Shown here: one piece after another, positions 8,204 through 17,421 of the stretch
Layout of the letters: every line of letters begins with the position of its first letter
Position numbering within the stretch: position 1 is the stretch's first letter
Virus record (IMG/VR): IMGVR_UViG_3300012990_000009
Span: 1 to 28,018 of that record
Length of the DNA stretch: 28,018 bases
DNA from: a virus
Taxonomy: Duplodnaviria > Caudoviricetes
Strand: one strand, 5' to 3'
Notes under the pieces: model-generated
Seen by the model: only the letters and a program-made list of their open reading frames with translations
Database searches by the model: none
What the model was told of the DNA's origin: nothing
Program-made: the position numbers and the translations under genes

Positions 8204-8243
8204 GCGGTTCTCACAACGTCAACCCAACTCGAAAGGAACTGTT

Positions 8244-9080
8244 ATGTCGGTAGAAGCCGCCATGATTCAGTATCGACGCGAGTTCGTGGCGTCGTTCGAA
8301 CAGCGCGTCTCTGCGCTCAAGGCGATGACCACGAAGGAGAGTGTGATCAGTGGCAACCAGGCCACTTTTCTCATCGCCGGCTCGGGCTCCGATACTGCCG
8401 TCACCCGTGGTGTCAACGGTCAGATTCCGTATGGCAACCCCACGAACACCCAGGTCACTGCGACGCTTGTTGAAAAGCACGCGCCGTATGAACTGACTTC
8501 GTTCAACATCTTCGCCTCGCAGGGCGACCAGAAGCGCATCATGCAGATGTCTTCGATGGCGGTCATCAACCGCGACATCGATCTCACCGTGCTTGCTGAG
8601 CTTGCGAACGCCACCCAGGACTTCGGTTCCGGAACTGCGACGCTCAACACCGTGCTCGGCGCACAAGCCATCCTCGGGAATGCGGACATTCCGATCGAGG
8701 AAGAGGACAACATGTTTGCGATCATCTCGCCCGCGTTCCGGGCGTACCTGATGCAGACGACGGAGTTCTCCTCGGGCGATTACGCCGAAGTCAAGCAGTT
8801 TGGCGGTCCTGCGCGGCGCATGTGGCGCTGGGCCGGCGTCAACTGGACCGTGTCGAGCCGCGTCACCGGCCTCGGCACTTCGTCGGAACTTTGCTACATG
8901 TTCCACCGCAACGCGCTCGGCTACGCCGTTCGTGTCGGCGAGGAATCGGTCGCCATCGGCTACGACGAGAAGCAGGATTCGTCCTGGTCTCGCGCGACGA
9001 CCTACCATGCAGCCAAGGTTCTCCAGAACACCGGCATCGTGAAAATCACTCACGATGGTTCCGGCTTCGTCGCCACGTAA
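8244..9080 (+). CDS. Major capsid protein
   Basis: 278 aa, strong GAAAGGAA RBS, biased codons, QYRREFVASFEQRVSALK start and AKVLQNTGIVKI end; follows the scaffold. Confidence 0.88.
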   Translation: MSVEAAMIQYRREFVASFEQRVSALKAMTTKESVISGNQATFLIAGSGSDTAVTRGVNGQIPYGNPTNTQVTATLVEKHAPYELTSFNIFASQGDQKRIMQMSSMAVINRDIDLTVLAELANATQDFGSGTATLNTVLGAQAILGNADIPIEEEDNMFAIISPAFRAYLMQTTEFSSGDYAEVKQFGGPARRMWRWAGVNWTVSSRVTGLGTSSELCYMFHRNALGYAVRVGEESVAIGYDEKQDSSWSRATTYHAAKVLQNTGIVKITHDGSGFVAT

Positions 9081-9093
9081 GGAGGGCTGAACC

Positions 9094-9378
9094 ATGGCTT
9101 ACGCTACTTCGAACCCGCCCGCCCTGATCGCTCAGGGTATCGGCGGCGCAAACCGCCTGTGGATCTACTCTTCGGTGGACGCCGCTACCCTCGTGCGGGT
9201 GGCCGGCTACTTCACCGATGGGTGGAGCCTCGGAATGCGCGCTGGCGATCTGGTCATCCAGATTGATAGCGATGCTTCGCCGATCACGATGCAGCTGATG
9301 ATCGTGACCTCGGCTTCCGCAACGGCCGGCGTCGACCTGTCGGACGGCACTGCCGTAACCGGCACCGACTCCGACTAA
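9094..9378 (+). CDS. Putative capsid decoration/cement protein
   Basis: 94 aa right after the capsid gene; TAAGGAGG RBS; GYFTDG..LGMRAGDLV motif. Confidence 0.7.
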   Translation: MAYATSNPPALIAQGIGGANRLWIYSSVDAATLVRVAGYFTDGWSLGMRAGDLVIQIDSDASPITMQLMIVTSASATAGVDLSDGTAVTGTDSD

Positions 9379-9426
9379 GCGGCTTCGCGGCCTTCCGGTC
9401 GCGGGGCTGCCTCTCCCTTGCCACCT

Positions 9427-9450
9427 GGGGCGGTTCTTCGGAGCCGCCCC
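9427..9450 (+). terminator. cUUCGg hairpin after the capsid genes, without a U-tract
   Basis: GGGGCGGTTC-TTCG-GAGCCGCCCC; 23 nt identical to 24144-24166. Confidence 0.55.
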
Positions 9451-9457
9451 GAAGGGG

Positions 9458-10033
9458 TCAAGTAACGTGTGCCCATAACTTCCCTTTTCTAATTTTGTTT
9501 ATGGTGGATGGGTTCACGTTGAATGATTTTGCCGTGCGTTTAACGCCTTGGGTCAGCAGCAAACGACGTATCTCCTTTACATCGTCTGGTCGCAGTTTTC
9601 GAGGAGCACATCGGCCTGTTTCGGTGGCATGCCTGTATTTGTCTGCCGTGTTTTCCGCTGGCGTTGCCCACCGCAGATGAGATGGCGTGCAGCACCCAAG
9701 GTGGCCATTGCCGCAGCTATGCGCGGCTTGGTGTTGCGCTGTAGGCGGCGGGCCATATTTGCGTTGGCAAATATAACGGCTCGTCAGCACGGATTTCCCC
9801 TTTATTTGAATGTACCCGTAGCCGTCTTTTGTCGAACGGTATGGCCACAAGGTGCATTCGGGCGTGTCGCTTCGAAGAATGGATTCTAGGTAGCCAATTC
9901 GGCTTTCTGGCCATCTAGTTCGCGGCTCTATGGACCCGTATTTCATCAAGCGATGATAATGGGATTTGCAATAGCCGCGCGCATCATGCGGCTTGCCGCA
10001 AGTGGGGACAGAGCATAAACGAGATTTAGCCAT
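9458..10033 (-). CDS. Free-standing HNH (His-Me finger) endonuclease with N-terminal Zn finger and C-terminal HTH
   Basis: CSVPTC...GYCKSHY; ECTLWP...DGYG; AAHSCGNGHLGCCTPSHLRWATPAEN; AKSFNVNPSTINKIRKGKLW. AGGAGGT RBS before ATG 10033; visibly more AT-rich than its flanks. Confidence 0.88.
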   Translation of the reverse strand: MAKSRLCSVPTCGKPHDARGYCKSHYHRLMKYGSIEPRTRWPESRIGYLESILRSDTPECTLWPYRSTKDGYGYIQIKGKSVLTSRYICQRKYGPPPTAQHQAAHSCGNGHLGCCTPSHLRWATPAENTADKYRHATETGRCAPRKLRPDDVKEIRRLLLTQGVKRTAKSFNVNPSTINKIRKGKLWAHVT

Positions 10034-10144
10034 CTTAACCTCCTGATAGGTTGGGCTGGTTAGAGCGCGTCGTCGGGTTCCAGCCCTTCGGCGCGTTCGG
10101 CACATCGTATCATATAAACCGCATCCATCCATCATGAGGCAAAC

Positions 10145-10618
10145 ATGACCATCAAAAAAATCCCGGCCACGGCGCCGCTCAAGACCAAGGATCAGACCAT
10201 CGTCACATGGCACCTTGATCTGCCGGTCGACTTCGACATTCAGGACATTGCCGTTCCCGGCGCATGGGCGCATCTGGCGCCGAAGCTTCGCGCGGGGCAG
10301 GAAGTCATCGCCCGCCGTTCCGACCTCGCATGGCGTGTGCACCTTCAGGTGACGGAAGCCGGCGTCGGCTACGTCAACACGTCGCCGCTGTCCGTGTGGA
10401 AGAACGTCGAGCACAAGCCGGAACCCGTCGAGACCGAAGAGCAGCCGCTGCCCGAACTCCCTGCCAACTACAAGGTCGGCTGGATTCCCGGCAATCGCAC
10501 CTTTGCCGTCCGAACTTCGGACCCTGCCGAGACTGTGAGCCAAGGCCACAAGACCAAACTCGCGGCGTATCAGGCAGCAATCAAGCACTCTCAGAAGGTG
10601 CTTGGGGTCGCGGCCTAA
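10145..10618 (+). CDS. Hypothetical protein of the head-tail region
   Basis: 157 aa, GAGG RBS, backbone-like codon usage. Confidence 0.75.
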   Translation: MTIKKIPATAPLKTKDQTIVTWHLDLPVDFDIQDIAVPGAWAHLAPKLRAGQEVIARRSDLAWRVHLQVTEAGVGYVNTSPLSVWKNVEHKPEPVETEEQPLPELPANYKVGWIPGNRTFAVRTSDPAETVSQGHKTKLAAYQAAIKHSQKVLGVAA

Positions 10619-10630
10619 AGGACCGATCGA

Positions 10631-11242
10631 ATGGCAAGCAAACTCTCCATCTACAAGGGCGCGCTTCGCCTGCTTGGGCCGCATGAACTCGCGTCCCTGA
10701 GCGACGATCGCCCCGAACGATACCAGTTAGAAGACGCATGGGATGACGCCCTTGCGTTCATGCTGGAACAGGGGCTGTGGAACTTTGCCATTCGGTCCAC
10801 GACGCTGACGGATGTAGGCTCGCCGATCTCTGGTTGGGACTATGCGTTCACGGCCCCGACCGACTTCGTGCGCACGGTCGGCATTTCGAACGAGGCCACG
10901 TTCTTCATTGGGTTCGAAGACTTCCAGTTTCAGACGCGCAAGTGGTACGCCAACGTCGACACGCTGTACCTGCGCTATGTGTCCAACGACGCATCCTATG
11001 GGCTGGACGTGACCAAATGGCCGGCGACCTTCTGCAAGGCCATGGAGGCCTATCTCGCCTTCGAAAGCGGGCTGCCGATCTCTGGCGACAGGGGCAATCG
11101 CAACGACCTGTATTCCCTGTACAAGAGCCGCCTTGCCCGCGCCAAGACGCTCGATGCCTTCGATGAAGCCGTGAAGCAGGAACCGGCCGGACGTCTTGTG
11201 CGCGCCCGCCTCGCGGCCCGTAGCAGCAAGAACAGCAACTGA
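10631..11242 (+). CDS. Tail tubular protein A / adaptor (T7 gp11-like)
   Basis: MASKLSIYKGALRLLG, WNFAIRSTTL, WDYAFTAPTDFVR, LYLRYVS, WPATFCKAM. Confidence 0.85.
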   Translation: MASKLSIYKGALRLLGPHELASLSDDRPERYQLEDAWDDALAFMLEQGLWNFAIRSTTLTDVGSPISGWDYAFTAPTDFVRTVGISNEATFFIGFEDFQFQTRKWYANVDTLYLRYVSNDASYGLDVTKWPATFCKAMEAYLAFESGLPISGDRGNRNDLYSLYKSRLARAKTLDAFDEAVKQEPAGRLVRARLAARSSKNSN

Positions 11243-13962
11243 TGGCACGGGTAAAGACCTACCTTCATGCCTACAATGTCGGCGTCCACGACGGCACGGC
11301 GCTCGCTCGCGTCGATCTGGAGCGGATGCGCCTCGCGGCCGAAGTGCAGACGAACATGCTGCCATTCGCGACCGGTCCCGGCGTCATGCGGCCTGGTCTT
11401 CAGTACCTCGGTGCGACCGATACGAACGCTGCTGCCCGCATCAAGGAATTCGTTTTCGGCGCGACCGACGCGGCGCTGATGGAGTTCACCAATCAGAGCA
11501 TGCGTATTTGGAATAGTGACGCTGTCGTCACGCGCGCTTCGGTCTCGACTGCCGTCACAAATGGCGATTTCTCGTCTGGCACGGGCTGGACGCTGACTGC
11601 TACCGATGGCGGCACGGCGACGATCTCAGGCGGGAAGCTGACGCTTGCTGCTGTGGGGCGGGGTTCAAAGCCGACCTGCGTTCGGTCGGTCACTGTGTCC
11701 GGCGGCGATCAAAGCACGGTCCACGCGCTGCGGATTATCGTTGATCGTGGCCCGGTCAACTTCAAGCTCGGCACGACATCGGGCGGCGAGGAACTGATCT
11801 CGACAACTTCGCTGGACACGGGCACGCATAGCCTTGCCTTCACGCCTGGAACCGGCACCATCTATCCGTGGTTCGGCACCACGACGGCTCAGATTAAGAT
11901 CGTTGACGCGATTAGCGTTGAGTCGTCAGGCGTGATGGAAGTGCCCACGCCGTGGCCGACCGCCGCTCTTGACACTATGCGGTTTTCGCAGTCTGCGGAC
12001 GTGGTATTCGTGGCCTGCCGGGGCTATAAACCGTACAAGATTGAAAGGCGCGGCTCAGAGTCTTGGTCGGTGGCCGAATACAATTCGAATAACGGCCCGT
12101 TCTCTGCACCGTCGCTGCTGTTTGCCAAACTCAAGCCGAGCATAACCGTTGGCAACGGCACGCTGACCGCCGATGTCCCATTTTTCAACAGCGACCATGT
12201 CGGAACACTATTCCGCCTGTTCCATACAGGGCAACGGACCAAGTACACCCTGTCTGGCGATGACATTTACACCGATTCAATCCGCGTGAATGGCGTCAAC
12301 ACAGGCCACGCCTTTAATGTCGTGAGGACAGGGACGTGGTCAGGGAAGCTCACTTTGCAGCGGTCCTTGGACGGCGAGGACTTCGGTTTTGACGATGTAG
12401 GGTCGGGCGAAACCGGGATCACAAAAGAATACACGGGTAACGGGACAACCACCAACGATCCAGATGACGCGGTTTGGAACAATGTCGTCCATTACTACAG
12501 GATAGGCTTTAAGGCGGGCGACTACACATCGGGGTCTGCGGAAGTAACTCTGTCATACGGCGGTTCAGGCGGCGTTGGAATATGCCGGATTACCAGCATT
12601 ACGTCATCCACCGTTGCCGAGATGGAGGTTCTGCGGCCGTTTACCGGGACAACGTACACCGACAGTTGGCGGCAGGGCGAGTGGTCGGATGCGAGTATCT
12701 ACCCTTCCGCCGTGGCACTTTACGACGGGCGCCTGTGGTGGTCCGGCTTTGATCGGATATGGGGCTCTGTCTCTGACGACTTCACCAATTTTGATGAGGA
12801 CTATGAGGGCGACGCCGGGCCTATCTCGCGGTCCATTGCCACGGGAGGCATCAATGAAACGCAATGGCTGCTAGGGCTTCAGCGGCTTCTGATCGGCACG
12901 GAAGGCGCGGTCGCGGTCGCAAAGGCATCGTCGCTTGATGAGCCGTTGACGCCGACCGGGTTCACGATCCGTGATGCGTCCTCGCTCGGCGTTGCCGCTG
13001 TCGATCCCGCAAAGCTGGACGGGCGCGGCCTGGCTGTCGAGCGTGCCGGCCGGGCCGTGATGGAGATCGTGTTTGATTCCTCGCAGGCTGACTACCGCGT
13101 CACGCAGTTGTCGAAGCTGACGACTGCTCTTTTTGACGACGGCGTGCGGTCGATCGCGGTGCAGCGGCGCCCGGAAACGCGCATCTGGATCATCACGGAA
13201 ACTGGCGGGTGCATTTGCTGCGTCTATGAGCCCGATCAGGAAGTGATTGCCTTCGTGCCGATCGTGACGGACGGCCTGTTCGAAAGCGCGGCGGTGCTGC
13301 CCTCGGACGCGCAGGACCGCGTCTATTTCGTGGTCAATCGCACGATCAACGCCAGCACGGTTCGATACGTCGAAAAGATGGCGCTTGATACCGAGATCAA
13401 GCCGGGCAATCTCTGCAAGGTCATGGATGCGTTCACGACGGGCACGGCGTCGGCCACGACGACCATTCCGGTAGGCACTCACCTCTACGGCGAGACTGTC
13501 GTTCTCTGGGTGAATGGCGCTCCATACGAGACCAGCGCGGGCGTTCGCGGAGAGTATGTGGTCGACGTCTCTGGCAACGTCACACTGCCGGCCAACGTGA
13601 CGGGCAATTGGGTTGCTGGCCTGCCCTATCGCCTGCGCTACAAGTCGGCACGTCTGGCCTATGGTGCGGACGGCGGAACCTCGATGCTGTCGAAGCAGGC
13701 GATTGATGAACTCGGCCTGATCATGACCAACTTCACGCGCCAGGGCATCCGGGTTGGCACGTCTTTCGACAAGATGTACGACATCCCATCTAAGGTTCTT
13801 GGTCAGACGCCATCTGATATCGTACTGGACACGGTCGACAATGGCGTCCCCTTCTCTCTCGGCGGCGGATGGAAGCTGGATAACCGCGTGCATTTCGAGG
13901 TAAACAGCCCGTACACGGCAACCTTCTGCGGAATGACGCTTCAGATTACGTCGAGTGGATAA
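11242..13962 (+). CDS. Tail tubular protein B / nozzle (T7 gp12-like)
   Basis: 906 aa beta-rich; GPGVMRPGLQY, MRFSQSADVVFVAC, YPSAVALYDGRLWW, LLIGTEG, VAGLPY. Confidence 0.87.
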   Translation: MARVKTYLHAYNVGVHDGTALARVDLERMRLAAEVQTNMLPFATGPGVMRPGLQYLGATDTNAAARIKEFVFGATDAALMEFTNQSMRIWNSDAVVTRASVSTAVTNGDFSSGTGWTLTATDGGTATISGGKLTLAAVGRGSKPTCVRSVTVSGGDQSTVHALRIIVDRGPVNFKLGTTSGGEELISTTSLDTGTHSLAFTPGTGTIYPWFGTTTAQIKIVDAISVESSGVMEVPTPWPTAALDTMRFSQSADVVFVACRGYKPYKIERRGSESWSVAEYNSNNGPFSAPSLLFAKLKPSITVGNGTLTADVPFFNSDHVGTLFRLFHTGQRTKYTLSGDDIYTDSIRVNGVNTGHAFNVVRTGTWSGKLTLQRSLDGEDFGFDDVGSGETGITKEYTGNGTTTNDPDDAVWNNVVHYYRIGFKAGDYTSGSAEVTLSYGGSGGVGICRITSITSSTVAEMEVLRPFTGTTYTDSWRQGEWSDASIYPSAVALYDGRLWWSGFDRIWGSVSDDFTNFDEDYEGDAGPISRSIATGGINETQWLLGLQRLLIGTEGAVAVAKASSLDEPLTPTGFTIRDASSLGVAAVDPAKLDGRGLAVERAGRAVMEIVFDSSQADYRVTQLSKLTTALFDDGVRSIAVQRRPETRIWIITETGGCICCVYEPDQEVIAFVPIVTDGLFESAAVLPSDAQDRVYFVVNRTINASTVRYVEKMALDTEIKPGNLCKVMDAFTTGTASATTTIPVGTHLYGETVVLWVNGAPYETSAGVRGEYVVDVSGNVTLPANVTGNWVAGLPYRLRYKSARLAYGADGGTSMLSKQAIDELGLIMTNFTRQGIRVGTSFDKMYDIPSKVLGQTPSDIVLDTVDNGVPFSLGGGWKLDNRVHFEVNSPYTATFCGMTLQITSSG

Positions 13963-14338
13963 ATACCGCATTTTCACGGTGGACGGGCGCGGCCTCGTCG
14001 CGGCATCGGGGCTTGATGTCGATCTGCCAGTCTTTGCCAAAGCGGCGTTTGATGGGGAAGAGTTGGTCGCGTGCTGGGGGCTGGCCTGGAGCGCCATACC
14101 GCGTCGGTGCTGGCTGTTCTTCCATGTTGAGAACCATCGGCCGGATATCGGTCTGATTATCCGCAGGGAAACACGGAAATGCTTTCGGCACGCTGAACAG
14201 CTTGGCGAAACTGAGGTTTACACGGTGCGGGATGTCGAGTTCCCGTCATCCATCAAACTCATGCGGATCTTCGGGTTCGAAAACTTTGCAGTCGAGAATG
14301 GACAGGAAGTCTGGATATGGCGTTCATCCCGGCAATAG
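13955..14338 (+). CDS. GNAT-fold-like protein (T7 gp13-like position)
   Basis: 127 aa; GEELVACWGL and SIKLMRIFGF; overlaps both neighbours. Confidence 0.6.
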   Translation: MDKYRIFTVDGRGLVAASGLDVDLPVFAKAAFDGEELVACWGLAWSAIPRRCWLFFHVENHRPDIGLIIRRETRKCFRHAEQLGETEVYTVRDVEFPSSIKLMRIFGFENFAVENGQEVWIWRSSRQ

Positions 14339-14832
14339 CAGCGGCCATCGGTTCCGCCACAACAGCAGCGGCGGGAACCGTTGGCCTTACCGCTGGTCAG
14401 GCCCTCGGCGGTCTTGGTGCGCTCATTTCAGCCGGTGGCACGATTGCATCCGGCGTCGCCGCTAACCGGTCTGCGCAGTACGAAGCGCAGCAACTGGAGA
14501 TGAAGAGCGCGGAAGAGCGGGCGGCGTCGCAGCGTGAGGCACAGCAGAAGCGCCGCGAAGGTGAACTCGTCATGTCGCGTCAACAAGCTCTGGCCGCCGC
14601 GTCTGGCGCTGGCGCTGGAGTGGATGCGCCTACCATCGTCAAGCTCATGACCGACACGGCGAAAGAGTCGGAATACAACGCTCAAACGGTCCAGTACGGC
14701 GGTGAGAGCCGGGCGCGTGGCCTGCTTGCCTCTGCGCGGGGCGCGCGGGCTTCAGGGCGCGCCTCGCTGCTTGGATCGACTATCGGGGCCTTTGGGTCTG
14801 CGGCAAGCGGCCTTGGCCGTCTGAGGACGTAA
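14317..14832 (+). CDS. Small internal virion/ejection protein (T7 gp14-like)
   Basis: Ala/Gly-rich hydrophobic termini, Q/E/R-rich helix, QQALAAASGAG motif. Confidence 0.75.
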   Translation: MAFIPAIAAAIGSATTAAAGTVGLTAGQALGGLGALISAGGTIASGVAANRSAQYEAQQLEMKSAEERAASQREAQQKRREGELVMSRQQALAAASGAGAGVDAPTIVKLMTDTAKESEYNAQTVQYGGESRARGLLASARGARASGRASLLGSTIGAFGSAASGLGRLRT

Positions 14833-14838
14833 CAGCAC

Positions 14839-17421
14839 ATGGCAACCTTGCCGACCAAGGACAACCTTTCCGGCCCGGTCTCGCTTCGCAGCGGTCGCGC
14901 GATTGCGTCTGTGGATACGACGGCGATCGGGCGCGGCATTGCGTCGGCTGGCGATAGCCTGGCGTCGCTTGGTGCCGAACTCACCCAGCGACAGAACACC
15001 CTCGATATCGCGCGGGCGGAAGCGTACAAAACCGAAGGGCTGTTGAACGTTCAGAACCAGTTTGACCAAGACGGGGATTATTCGACGTTCCAGCAGCGCG
15101 CGCCGGTCAAGACTGGCGAGGTGGTCAAGACGGCTGCCGATCTCATTCGTGACCCGTCCATGCGGCAGCGCTGGACCCTATCGGCCCAAAACGACGCGGC
15201 GCGCTACAACGATTCGATCTTTGACCGAGGGGCGGCAATTCGCCAGCAGGCCGAAACGAACGCGCTTGATGACGCTCTGGAGACAAATCGCCGTTTGTAC
15301 GTCGACCCGGCCACATCGGACGACATTAAGAAAAAGGCACGCGCTGACATCGACGGCACGATTTCGCAGGCTCTTTCTGCTGGGCTGTTGACGCCTGATC
15401 AGGCGGACGCGCGCCGAAAGGCATTCATCGAAGATGCGGACTTCTCACGCGGTCAACTTGCCGTGCAGTCAGACCCCGGCATCATCGTTGGCCCGCTGCC
15501 GCCGAAGGTCGCCGATCGGTCTAACGCGGCTATTGCCTATTACCAGTCGCGCGGCTGGACCAAGGAACAGGCCGCTGGCATCGTCGGGAACCTACTTGCG
15601 GAAAGCAAGCTCAACACGGGCGCGCTTAATCCTGGCGATGGTCGAGACGGATCGAACTCGATCGGCGTTGCGCAGTGGAATTCCGGTCGTGCGCAGGCTT
15701 TGAAGAAATTCGCCGCAGCCAATAAGGCTGACTGGCGTGACTTCGGCGTGCAGCTTGCGTTCGTCGATCATGAACTGCGGACGGACGAAAAGGCAGCAGG
15801 CGACGCGCTGCGCAACGCAAAGACGGTTGACGAGGCGACGGCGGCATTCATCGGCTACGAACGCCCGGCCGGCTGGTCTGCGGCCAATCCTCGTGGCGCG
15901 CACAACTATCAGGGCCGTCTCAAGTACGCGGCGCAGGCCGCTGGCGAAAAGGTCAACCCTGACTGGTACGACCGGCTTTCGCCTGAGAACCAGTTCCGTA
16001 TTCAAAAGGAAGCGGAGGCAGAGCAGAACAAGCGCAACGTCGAGACGCGCGCTCAGATCGAAATCGTCACGGCGAACGCACCGGCTGCCATCCTCAATAC
16101 CGGCCGATATGACAACCCGATGCCGTCTGCGCAGCAGTTCATGGATGCCTACGGCCCGCAAGATGGGGCGCAGCGGTTCAATGCGTTTCAGTCGCAGGTA
16201 GAAACCGCGTCCCAAGCCTACGACATGCGCACGATGTCGGCTGACGAAATCCAGCAGATGGTTTCCGACGCTACGCCTACCAGCACGGGCGACAATGCGG
16301 CTCTCGAATCGCAGCAATACCAGACGCTTTCGGCGGCGGCACAGTCGACGCTTAAGGCGCGGGCCGATGATCCAGGCCGGTACGTGCGGCAGATGTTCCC
16401 GAATGTTCGGCAGGCATGGGACAACGTATCGACCGGGGCAGATTATCAGGCCGCGCTCGCGCTGACTGCCGCCGCGCAACGTCAACTAGGCATGACGGCC
16501 ATGCGTCTTTTGCCAGACGACCACGCAACAACGGCTGTCGACAAGTTCAAGGACACGAAGCTTGGCGAGACAGAGCGGTTGGAAACAGCGGTTCATTTGG
16601 TCATGTCGACGCAGGATAAGGACCAGCAGCGTGCGGTCTTCAATCAGTTAGTCGAGGCTGGACTACCCGACATGACAGAGGGTGCGTTCGAGGCCATGGC
16701 TCGCGGGGACAGCGGCGCAGCCAAGCGACTGTTTCAGGCGGCAATGATCAACCCTGACGATCTGCCGGGCAAATTGCCTGAGCAAAAGCCTGTCATCTCT
16801 GAGGCTATCCAGTCCGATCTTATGGACGAAGGCGAAATCGGCGACGTCTACTATGGCCTTACAGACGGTAATGTCGAAAACTTCGCCCGTGCGGAACGGG
16901 ACAACAAACTGCTGATGAATGCGGTAATCCTGCGCATGAAGAACGGCGAGGCACTGGATGCGGCCATAACCGGCGCATCGCAAGATCTATATGGCAAGGT
17001 CAAGGTTGTCGAAGGCGACGGGCGCGTGAACGCTCGGCTGCTTGTACCGGAAGACGATGACGAAGACGCGTTGCTGTCCGGCCTCGATGCCGTCCTGCCT
17101 ACGGTGCGCGGCGCGGTCGAGGCGGCGCTTGCGGTCCCTGGCGATGTTGCGACAGCGGATTCGACGAAGCCGATACTGGACGCCGTGACGCAGAACTACG
17201 CGAACAACCTCATGAGCGAGGGTTATTTCCGCAACTACGGCGATGGCTTCGTTTTCCATGACCCATACACGGGCAAGCCAGTCCCCGGCCCGGACGGGAA
17301 GCCTCTCGTGTTCACGCAAGCGGACGTGCTCGCGGCTGTTCCGGCTCGCGATATCCGGGCGCCGGCCGCGCCATTCACCGACGATTCCTTCGACCGGTTC
17401 CAGCAGCGGTTCGGCCAATGA
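14839..17421 (+). CDS. Ejection protein with an embedded phage-tail-lysozyme-type domain
   Basis: 860 aa helical; GWTKEQAAGIVGNLLAES...SIGVAQW..GR...QLAFVDHEL...YERP at about 15523-15939. Confidence 0.82.
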   Translation: MATLPTKDNLSGPVSLRSGRAIASVDTTAIGRGIASAGDSLASLGAELTQRQNTLDIARAEAYKTEGLLNVQNQFDQDGDYSTFQQRAPVKTGEVVKTAADLIRDPSMRQRWTLSAQNDAARYNDSIFDRGAAIRQQAETNALDDALETNRRLYVDPATSDDIKKKARADIDGTISQALSAGLLTPDQADARRKAFIEDADFSRGQLAVQSDPGIIVGPLPPKVADRSNAAIAYYQSRGWTKEQAAGIVGNLLAESKLNTGALNPGDGRDGSNSIGVAQWNSGRAQALKKFAAANKADWRDFGVQLAFVDHELRTDEKAAGDALRNAKTVDEATAAFIGYERPAGWSAANPRGAHNYQGRLKYAAQAAGEKVNPDWYDRLSPENQFRIQKEAEAEQNKRNVETRAQIEIVTANAPAAILNTGRYDNPMPSAQQFMDAYGPQDGAQRFNAFQSQVETASQAYDMRTMSADEIQQMVSDATPTSTGDNAALESQQYQTLSAAAQSTLKARADDPGRYVRQMFPNVRQAWDNVSTGADYQAALALTAAAQRQLGMTAMRLLPDDHATTAVDKFKDTKLGETERLETAVHLVMSTQDKDQQRAVFNQLVEAGLPDMTEGAFEAMARGDSGAAKRLFQAAMINPDDLPGKLPEQKPVISEAIQSDLMDEGEIGDVYYGLTDGNVENFARAERDNKLLMNAVILRMKNGEALDAAITGASQDLYGKVKVVEGDGRVNARLLVPEDDDEDALLSGLDAVLPTVRGAVEAALAVPGDVATADSTKPILDAVTQNYANNLMSEGYFRNYGDGFVFHDPYTGKPVPGPDGKPLVFTQADVLAAVPARDIRAPAAPFTDDSFDRFQQRFGQ

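Noticed and set aside
9060-9100. T7 10A/10B-type capsid frameshift or readthrough
   Set aside because: No slippery heptamer before TAA, and the next gene has its own strong RBS.
9458-10684. 408-aa extended HNH ORF
   Set aside because: Strong RBS at ATG 10033; the extension is the antisense shadow of 10145..10618.
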